NCBI GenBank assembly: GCA_016198275.1 | Contig: JACQIX010000010.1 | Coordinates: forward strand, 172 to 64,171 | From: Candidatus Daviesbacteria bacterium | GTDB lineage: Bacteria > Patescibacteriota > Microgenomatia > Daviesbacterales > UBA10151 | DNA length: 64,000 bases | Reading direction: 5' to 3' | Shown here: in pieces, positions 57,353-64,000 of the stretch | How the letters are laid out: each line of letters begins with the position of its first letter | How positions within the stretch are numbered: the first letter of the stretch is position 1 | Notes under the pieces: generated by a model | Database searches by the model: none | The model's input: the letters and a program-made list of their open reading frames with translations, nothing else | Told to the model about the DNA's origin: nothing | Made by a program: the position numbers and the translations under genes

Positions 57353-57744
57353 CAAAGTCTTTAGTCAATACAGTCGGCAGAAGAAAAGAGGCAATTGCCA
57401 GAGTCAGGTTATCAGCAGGCAAAGGGCAAATTACTGTCAATGGAAAGCCGATTACAGAGTATTTCCCAGGAATAATTTTTCAAAAGATCTACCAAAGCCC
57501 TTTAGAAATTACCAAAACTTTTTCTCAATTTGCAATTTCTGCCAAAGTCACTGGTGGGGGAAAGATAGCACAATTGGGGGCAGTAGTGCATGGGATGGTC
57601 AGGGCAATTGCCGAAACTCAACCAACTTTAAGGCCAGTTTTAAAAAAAGCAGGTTTACTGACCCGTGATGCCAGGGTGAAAGAAAGAAGAAAATATGGTA
57701 ATGCCCAAAAAGCCAGAGCTAAAAAACAATCTCCAAAAAGATAG
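57349..57744 (+). CDS. rpsI: 30S ribosomal protein S9
   Basis: 131 aa. GTG start. C-terminal ..[23 protein letters not shown]. Confidence 0.9.
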   Translation: MTKSLVNTVGRRKEAIARVRLSAGKGQITVNGKPITEYFPGIIFQKIYQSPLEITKTFSQFAISAKVTGGGKIAQLGAVVHGMVRAIAETQPTLRPVLKKAGLLTRDARVKERRKYGNAQKARAKKQSPKR

Positions 57745-57761
57745 TATTTCTGTAGTTTTTA

Positions 57762-57770
57762 TGATATAAT
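57762..57770 (+). promoter_or_regulatory. Extended -10 promoter element (TGATATAAT) for the trp leader
   Basis: TG at 57762-57763, TATAAT at 57765-57770. Lies 18 nt after the rpsI stop. Confidence 0.4.
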
Positions 57771-57774
57771 GATT

Positions 57775-58060
57775 TTACAACTGAATAATGAAATGCGTTG
57801 ATTCGGAAGGTTGGAACCGGATCGCCCAAAAGGCACGCAGAGCAAAAGTATGCTACAGAGGCGAAACTGTAAAAGTTAGCAACATGTGTCGTAGTAACGG
57901 AGCATGTCATGAATAAGGTTAGCTTATTCCTTTGACTATATCCCTGGCGACAGGGATTTTTTAATGGATATATGTTAATACAGCAAGGTGGCACCGCCTT
58001 TAGAAGGCCCTTGTTAAATCATCAATTAATTGGTGGTTTAGCGAGGGCTTTCTTAATGGA
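57775..58060 (+). promoter_or_regulatory. Putative T-box riboswitch leader (tRNA-Trp-responsive) upstream of trpE
   Basis: Near-consensus T-box sequence AAGGUGGCACCGCC at 57985-57998 (consensus AGGGUGGNACCGCG). Antiterminator geometry: CAAGG(57984-88)-UGGCACC 7-nt bulge (57989-95)-GCC-UUUAGAA-GGC-CCUUG(58009-13). A mutually exclusive terminator GAAGGCCCU (58003-11) pairs with AGGGCUUUC (58044-52). Candidate UGG specifier in GGUUGGAAC near 57825. About 290-nt leader, typical T-box size. Confidence 0.55.
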
Positions 58061-58068
58061 GAAAATAT

Positions 58069-59448
58069 ATGAATAAATTGCCTAAAATTAAAATATCGAA
58101 AAAACCTACATATCTTAAATTTGCAGAAGATATAGATTTTTACGAGCTGTTTGCCAAAATAGAACAGCAATTTGATACATGTTTTATTTTCGAATCCTTA
58201 GGAGAAGAAGGAAAGTTTTCCAGATACTCAATCATCGGATTTGATCCGCCTTCAATTATCTCAGCAAGAAGAAATAATTTAAAAATTGATAATAAAATTT
58301 ATTCTGTCAAAAATCCTTTAGATTCTAAGGATCGCAAGGATTTCAATCCTTATCTTGCTTTAAGGGAAATTTTACCTCCCCAAACAATTACCAGAAATTA
58401 TGCTGGTGGATTAATAGGGTACTTAAGTTATGAAGCAATAAATTTATTTGGAAACTCCCTTAAAGTAAAAGAGCACAAGCTTTTTCCCTTATTTAAATTC
58501 GGAGTTTATTTAGATGGAATTGTGCTGGATAAATTAACTAATGAACTTTATTACTTTTATTATGACAAAAATAGACTTGAAGAAATTAAAAGAATTATTA
58601 GAAAACCACTTAAAAAGAGAAGCTTAAAAGTTAAATTTCTTAGGGATACTCTTTCGAAAGAGCAACATCAAAAGATTGTTAATCTGGTAAAAGAGGAAAT
58701 AATTGCTGGAAATACCTTTCAATGTGAGGTAGGTTTTAAATCTGAATTTGAAATAGAGGGTGATTATTTAGAAATATATAGAAGATTAAGGAAGGTTAAT
58801 CCCTCTCCTTTTATGTATTATTTAAAATTTGGTAATCAGATTATTATTGGTGCTTCCCCAGAACTTTTATTGAGGCTTAAAGACGGTGATATGGAAACAT
58901 TTCCATTAGCAGGTACTATTAAAAGAGGCCAAACAGAAAATGAAGATGCTCTTTTTGCAAGACAACTTCTAAATGATCCTAAAGAAATTGCAGAGCATAA
59001 TATGTTAGTAGATTTATCACGGAATGATTTAGGAAGAGTAGGTAAATTTGGAACTGTAAAGGTTAGAAGTTTAATGGATATAAAGAAATTCTCTCATGTT
59101 GCTCATATATCCTCTGAGATAACAGGAATTATTAAAGATGACGAAGATATGTTTTCTGCTTTAATTTCCAGCTTCCCTATGGGTACTGTTACTGGTACTC
59201 CTAAAATTGAAACAATAAAAATTATAGATAGAAATGAACCTGATGCCAGAGGTCCTTACGGAGGCGCAGTTGGCCATTTTGGTTTTAATGGTGATTGCAC
59301 ATTTGCTCTTCCTTTAAGAAGTTTATTTATTAGTGGTAATTATGCCTATGTTCAGACTTGTTCAGGAATTGTTTATGATTCTTCAGCTGAAAAAGAATTT
59401 GATGAAGTTCAGAGAAAATTGCAAGCTATGAAGGAGGTATTAAAGTGA
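58069..59448 (+). CDS. trpE: Anthranilate synthase component I
   Basis: 459 aa. Chorismate-binding domain (..LSRNDLGRVGKFGTVKV.., ..GAVGHFGFNGD..). Confidence 0.85.
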   Translation: MNKLPKIKISKKPTYLKFAEDIDFYELFAKIEQQFDTCFIFESLGEEGKFSRYSIIGFDPPSIISARRNNLKIDNKIYSVKNPLDSKDRKDFNPYLALREILPPQTITRNYAGGLIGYLSYEAINLFGNSLKVKEHKLFPLFKFGVYLDGIVLDKLTNELYYFYYDKNRLEEIKRIIRKPLKKRSLKVKFLRDTLSKEQHQKIVNLVKEEIIAGNTFQCEVGFKSEFEIEGDYLEIYRRLRKVNPSPFMYYLKFGNQIIIGASPELLLRLKDGDMETFPLAGTIKRGQTENEDALFARQLLNDPKEIAEHNMLVDLSRNDLGRVGKFGTVKVRSLMDIKKFSHVAHISSEITGIIKDDEDMFSALISSFPMGTVTGTPKIETIKIIDRNEPDARGPYGGAVGHFGFNGDCTFALPLRSLFISGNYAYVQTCSGIVYDSSAEKEFDEVQRKLQAMKEVLK

Positions 59449-60044
59449 AAGTATTAATTATAGATAACTATGACTCGTTTACTTATAACCTATACCAATA
59501 TATAGGAGAGTTACTAGAGGAGAGAAAAATACAATTTACACTTGAAGTTTTTAGAAACGATAAAGTAACTATTAGTGAAATAAACAAAAGAGGATACAAT
59601 AAAATCATTATTTCCCCTGGTCCTGGTTCTCCAAATGATAAAAAATATTTTGGTGTATGTGCAGATGTATTAACAAAACTGAATAAAAAAATTCCAATTC
59701 TTGGAGTGTGTTTGGGTATGCAAGGAATGGCACACTATTTTGGAGGTAAAGTAATTAGAGCGAAGCAACCTATGCACGGAAAGACAAGTATCATAGAGCA
59801 TGATGAACAAGGTGTATTTAAAGGTTTACCACAAAATTTGGAAGTTATGAGATATCACTCTCTTGTTGCAGAAAAGGACACATTACCTGAGTGCTTAAAG
59901 ATTACAGCAGAGTCTAAAGATACTAATGAAATAATGGGTCTACGGCATATAACTTATCCAATTGAGGGCATCCAATTTCACCCTGAATCTTTTGCAACAG
60001 AAGGAGGTAAGAGATTATTAACAAATTTTCTCTTTCAAACTTAA
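59445..60044 (+). CDS. trpG: Anthranilate synthase component II (glutamine amidotransferase)
   Basis: 199 aa. Class I GATase triad context (GVCLGMQ..., ..HPES). 4-nt overlap with trpE. Confidence 0.85.
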   Translation: MKVLIIDNYDSFTYNLYQYIGELLEERKIQFTLEVFRNDKVTISEINKRGYNKIIISPGPGSPNDKKYFGVCADVLTKLNKKIPILGVCLGMQGMAHYFGGKVIRAKQPMHGKTSIIEHDEQGVFKGLPQNLEVMRYHSLVAEKDTLPECLKITAESKDTNEIMGLRHITYPIEGIQFHPESFATEGGKRLLTNFLFQT

Positions 60045-60046
60045 AT

Positions 60047-61078
60047 ATGGATACAACAACGTTATTGAATAAATTAATTGATAGAAATGATCTCTCTAGC
60101 AAAGAATCCTCTTATCTATTAGAGAAAATTATTGCAGGAGAATTAAATCCTACTCAGGTTGCTGGGATACTTGTTGCGCTTAGAAGTAAGAGAGAGACTG
60201 TAGATGAAATCTTAGGATTCATAGAAACTATGAGAAGGCATATGGTTAAGGTAAATGCACCAGGGGCTTTAGATATTGTTGGTACTGGTGGAGATAATAG
60301 CGGAACTTTTAATATTTCAACTGCTACCAGTTTTGTAGTTGCTGGTGGGGGGGTTCCTATTGCTAAACATGGGAATAGGGCAGTTAGCAGCAAATGTGGT
60401 AGTGCCGATGTTTTAGAGGCTTTGGGAGTCAATATTAATTTGGCACCAAACCAAGCAGAGAATGTATTTAAAAAAGTGGGAATGGTTTTCTTATTTGCTC
60501 CACTTTTCCATCCCGTTATGAAACAGATAGGGCCAGTCAGGAAAGAATTAGGACTCAGAACAATTTTCAACTTCTTAGGACCTTTTCTAAATCCTGCCTC
60601 AACGAAAAAACAGCTCTTAGGTGTTCCTAATTTGGAAATGGCTAAAAAATTAGCCCAAGTTGCTATAAAATTAAGATTTACTCATTTAATGATTATCACC
60701 AGTGTAGATGGGATGGATGAAATCACGACTACCGCTAAAACAAAAGTCCTTGAAGTGAAAGGGAATAAATTAAACTCATATGTTATTTCACCAAAACAGT
60801 TTGGGATAAAAAAGGGAATGAAAAAAGACTTACAAGGATTTGATCCAAGTGATAATGCAGCAATAATTTTAAATATTCTTAAAGGCAAAAAAGGTCCACA
60901 AAGAGAAATTGTAGTTTTAAACAGCGCAGCTACCTTTTATTTAGCTGGAAAAGCCAAAGATATGAAGGTGGGGATTTCTTTAGCAGAAAAGTCAATAGAT
61001 CAAGACTTAGCTTTGAAAGTTCTAGAAAACTTAATAACCGCAACTAATGTTGTAAAGGAGAGCAAGATTTATGCATAA
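60047..61078 (+). CDS. trpD: Anthranilate phosphoribosyltransferase
   Basis: 343 aa. ..DIVGTGGDNSGTFNISTA.., ..KHGNRAVSSKCGSADVLEALG... Confidence 0.85.
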   Translation: MDTTTLLNKLIDRNDLSSKESSYLLEKIIAGELNPTQVAGILVALRSKRETVDEILGFIETMRRHMVKVNAPGALDIVGTGGDNSGTFNISTATSFVVAGGGVPIAKHGNRAVSSKCGSADVLEALGVNINLAPNQAENVFKKVGMVFLFAPLFHPVMKQIGPVRKELGLRTIFNFLGPFLNPASTKKQLLGVPNLEMAKKLAQVAIKLRFTHLMIITSVDGMDEITTTAKTKVLEVKGNKLNSYVISPKQFGIKKGMKKDLQGFDPSDNAAIILNILKGKKGPQREIVVLNSAATFYLAGKAKDMKVGISLAEKSIDQDLALKVLENLITATNVVKESKIYA

Positions 61079-61850
61079 AATACTGCAGGATATTATTAAT
61101 AGTACTGCTAAGGAAGTTAAAAAAAGAAAGAGTCAATCCAGTATGGATGACCTAGTTTCATATGGGCACTTACCTTTTAAGCAACGTATTCTAAATCCAA
61201 GAATTGGAGATATAGGACTCATTGCTGAAATTAAATTAGCCTCTCCCTCGGAGGGAAAATTAGGAGAAAAAGTGGATATTCGCAGTAGATTACAAGAGTA
61301 TCAAAACGCGGGAGCTGATGCAGTTTCTGTTATCACAGAAAATAATTTTTTTAGAGGTAGTCTAGATTTGGTATCTACTGTAAAAAGAATTATTTTAAAT
61401 CTACCTATATTGCAAAAAGACTTTATAATTGACGATTTTCAGATTGAGGAAAGTTGTAAATCGGGAGTAGATGCTTTACTACTGATTGCTAGCATAGTAA
61501 ATGTTACTCAGCTAAAAAGATATGTAAAACTTTGTAGAGAGAAAGAACTAGAACCAGTTGTAGAAATATGTAGTGAAGATGATCTAGTTGGAGCAATCAG
61601 ATCAGAAACTGAAATAATTGCTGTTAATGCTAGGGATTTAGATAGTTTTGAAGTAAATGTAGATCGGGCATGTAAACTTCTCAAAAAAATTCCAGAAGAA
61701 TTTATCAAGTTAGGTTTCTCTGGAGTTCATTCAAGATCTGAAGTAGAAAAATATAAATTAGCTGGAGCGAAAGCTGTTTTAGTTGGCACGGAACTTATGA
61801 AGACAAATAATATTAATAAAAAGATTTTGGAGTTAAAAAATGCAAGTTAA
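61071..61850 (+). CDS. trpC: Indole-3-glycerol phosphate synthase
   Basis: 259 aa. ..GLIAEIKLASPSEG.., TIM-barrel IGPS pattern. Confidence 0.8.
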   Translation: MHKILQDIINSTAKEVKKRKSQSSMDDLVSYGHLPFKQRILNPRIGDIGLIAEIKLASPSEGKLGEKVDIRSRLQEYQNAGADAVSVITENNFFRGSLDLVSTVKRIILNLPILQKDFIIDDFQIEESCKSGVDALLLIASIVNVTQLKRYVKLCREKELEPVVEICSEDDLVGAIRSETEIIAVNARDLDSFEVNVDRACKLLKKIPEEFIKLGFSGVHSRSEVEKYKLAGAKAVLVGTELMKTNNINKKILELKNAS

Positions 61851-62430
61851 AGTCAAGATTTGCGGTATTAGAAATATAGAGGCTGCAAAGGTAGCTACGG
61901 AAGCAGGTGCTGACTTTTTAGGTTTTAATTTTGTACCAAGTTCTAAAAGATACATTAATCCTGCTATTGCATTGGAAATTATTAATTCAGTAAGAGATAA
62001 AGTTAAAGTTGTGGGAGTATTCCAAAATGCAAAAAATACTGAAGTTAATAAAATTGCATTAGATTTAAAATTAGATTTTGTCCAACTTCATGGTAATGAA
62101 AATAATGAATATATAAATAAGGTAGGTACCCCAGTAATTAATTTTATTACATTAGATGATCAACCAGAAAAATTTAGAGTAGATTATTTCTTACTCGATA
62201 GACCTAAAAGAGGAAAAGGTAATATAGTAGATTTAGAAAAAGCAAAAAAGTTGACTGCAAATTCTCCTTTATTTTTTGCTGGAGGTTTAACACCTGATAA
62301 TGTGTTGATGGTAGTTAAACAAGTCAAACCTTTTGCTGTTGATGTGGCAGGTGGCATTGAGACAGATGGTCATCAGGATCTAGAGAAAATAAAATTATTT
62401 ATTGGAAATGCTAAAGGAGTAACTTTATGA
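61840..62430 (+). CDS. trpF: Phosphoribosylanthranilate isomerase
   Basis: 196 aa. [37 protein letters not shown]...VQLHGNE. Confidence 0.8.
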   Translation: MQVKVKICGIRNIEAAKVATEAGADFLGFNFVPSSKRYINPAIALEIINSVRDKVKVVGVFQNAKNTEVNKIALDLKLDFVQLHGNENNEYINKVGTPVINFITLDDQPEKFRVDYFLLDRPKRGKGNIVDLEKAKKLTANSPLFFAGGLTPDNVLMVVKQVKPFAVDVAGGIETDGHQDLEKIKLFIGNAKGVTL

Positions 62431-63656
62431 AAAGGGGACACTTCGGAGAATTTGGTGGTAGGTATGTACCCGAGATGCTAATCCCAGTTCTAGAAGAATT
62501 AGAGCAAACTTATTTAGAGGTAAAGAAGGATAAAAAGTTTCAGAAGGAATTTAAAGATCTCTTAAAAACTTATTGTGGTAGACCTACTCCATTAACTTTT
62601 GCTCAAAATTTATCTGAGAAATTAGGTGGTGCAAAAATATATCTTAAAAATGAAGGATTAAACCTAACAGGAGCACATAAAATTACACACTGTATTGGTC
62701 AAGCATTGCTTGCCAAAAGAATGAGTAAAACTAGACTTATCGCAGAAACAGGAGCAGGACAACATGGAGTAGCAACAGCAACAGTGGCAGCTAGATTTGG
62801 ATTTTCTTGTACTGTTTATATGGGTGAAGTAGATATTCAAAGGCAAAGGCCAAATGTATTTTTGATGGAACAGCTTGGGGCAGAAGTTATTCCAGTTAGT
62901 TTTGGTCAGAAAACTTTAAAAGATGCAGTTAATGCTGCTTTAAAGGATTATATTGAGAATGTTAAGACAACTCATTATGTTTTAGGTTCTGTAGTTGGCC
63001 CGCATCCTTTCCCTACTATCAACAGGGATTTTCAATCTGTTGTTGGAAAAGAGATAAGAAAGCAAATTAACAAAGTAGAACAAAGATTACCTGATTATGT
63101 TATTGCCTGTGTGGGTGGTGGCAGTAATGCTATAGGAGCTTTTACAGATTTTATTCATGAGTCTTCAGTTAGACTTTTGGGTGTGGAGGCAGGAGGGAAA
63201 GGGAAAGAAATTGGCGAAAATGCCACACGTTTTCCAACTGGAAGCATAGGAGTAATTGAAGGATATAAGTCATATTTTCTACAAGATAGTGATGGCAACT
63301 TGCAAAAAACACACAGTATTTCGGCTGGTCTTGATTATCCGGGAATAGGACCACAATTATCTGACCTACAAAATAGTGGAAGAGTAAAATTTACCTCAGT
63401 TACAGATAAGGAAGCACTCGAAGCATTTAGACTACTTGCTCAAACTGAAGGAATTATCCCAGCATTAGAATCTGCTCATGCTGTTGCAGAGGCAATTAAA
63501 CTAGCACCCAAATTAAATAAAGATCAAGTCATAGTAGTTAACCTTTCAGGTAGAGGAGATAAGGATTTATTTATTATCGCAAAATCGTTTAGAGATAAAA
63601 ACTTCTTTCAATTTTTAAAAGACTATATAAAGGAGGAAGAAAATGAATTTGATTGA
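62427..63656 (+). CDS. trpB: Tryptophan synthase beta chain
   Basis: 409 aa. [13 protein letters not shown].., PLP site ..[15 protein letters not shown].., ..[10 protein letters not shown]... Confidence 0.9.
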   Translation: MKRGHFGEFGGRYVPEMLIPVLEELEQTYLEVKKDKKFQKEFKDLLKTYCGRPTPLTFAQNLSEKLGGAKIYLKNEGLNLTGAHKITHCIGQALLAKRMSKTRLIAETGAGQHGVATATVAARFGFSCTVYMGEVDIQRQRPNVFLMEQLGAEVIPVSFGQKTLKDAVNAALKDYIENVKTTHYVLGSVVGPHPFPTINRDFQSVVGKEIRKQINKVEQRLPDYVIACVGGGSNAIGAFTDFIHESSVRLLGVEAGGKGKEIGENATRFPTGSIGVIEGYKSYFLQDSDGNLQKTHSISAGLDYPGIGPQLSDLQNSGRVKFTSVTDKEALEAFRLLAQTEGIIPALESAHAVAEAIKLAPKLNKDQVIVVNLSGRGDKDLFIIAKSFRDKNFFQFLKDYIKEEENEFD

Positions 63657-64000
63657 CAAACAACTTAGAAAAATCGAAGAAGAAAAAAGATTGGGATTAA
63701 TGACTCATGTTGTGGTGGGGTATCCCTCACTTGAAACTACAGAATTCTTAGTTAGGGTAATGGAAGAAGCAGGAGTAGATTTTATTGAGCTACAGATTCC
63801 CTTTTCCGATCCGCTAGCAGACGGTCCAATAATCATGAGGGCTTGTGAGAAAGCCTTAGAAAATGGAACAAGAGTTAAAGATGCTTTTGAACTGGCGAGT
63901 AGATTATCAAAACAAGTTAAGATATCTCTTATTTTCATGGCTTATTACAATACAGTTTTTAAATATGGTACTAAAAAGTTTTGCCAAGATGCCAAGAATG
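63643..64000 (+). CDS. trpA: Tryptophan synthase alpha chain (partial, continues past window end)
   Basis: AGGAGG RBS then ATG 63643. Translation [64 protein letters not shown]... matches the TrpA N-terminus. Overlaps trpB by 14 nt. Confidence 0.8.
   Translation, partial: MNLIDKQLRKIEEEKRLGLMTHVVVGYPSLETTEFLVRVMEEAGVDFIELQIPFSDPLADGPIIMRACEKALENGTRVKDAFELASRLSKQVKISLIFMAYYNTVFKYGTKKFCQDAKN

Noticed and set aside
1-64000. Search for tRNA, rRNA and CRISPR arrays
   Set aside because: No intergenic region shows tRNA-like cloverleaf features (GTTCRANYC T-loop and so on). No rRNA-like stretches and no regularly spaced direct repeats were seen. The only tandem repeats are the intragenic Cys-rich module duplication and an 11-mer doublet before rplC.

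Overview
The window is a gene-dense, low-GC (roughly 38-42% in core genes) bacterial core-genome segment. Almost every gene is an information-processing gene. On the + strand, in order: nusA-infB, a degenerate DHH/NrnA-like gene, rpsO-pnp, a Lon-type AAA+ ATPase gene, rnj, ftsK, tsaC, a rodZ-like gene, alaS, ruvX, mltG, rpoB-rpoC, rpsL-rpsG, fusA, gpsA, tuf. These are followed by an almost complete S10-spc-alpha ribosomal protein superoperon (rpsJ to rpsI, including secY, adk, map, infA, rpmJ, rpoA). The window ends with a putative T-box leader and a complete trpEGDCFBA operon (trpA runs off the end). Several hallmarks are typical of reduced Patescibacteria/CPR-like genomes: no L30 gene between rpsE and rplO; short NusA, RpoA and AlaRS lacking accessory C-terminal domains; many ribosomal proteins with N/C-terminal extensions; zinc-ribbon (C+) S14 and L36. 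This phylogenetic call is inference, not proof. No rRNA, tRNA or CRISPR array was found. Accessory or unusual content sits in small pockets. (1) A cluster of secreted/membrane proteins at 3865-7313, including a Cys-rich tandem-repeat protein with an M23-peptidase-like C-terminus. (2) A large membrane protein next to a sortase. (3) A convergent pair of a secreted parallel beta-helix protein and a GH130/DUF1861-like beta-propeller protein with slightly elevated GC. (4) A HigB/HigA-like toxin-antitoxin pair inserted between secY and adk. (5) A 75-aa GreA N-terminal coiled-coil-only mini-protein between rpsG and fusA. (6) A UbiA-family prenyltransferase plus gpsA splitting fusA from tuf. (7) A markedly AT-rich trp operon behind a leader with textbook T-box antiterminator/terminator geometry.
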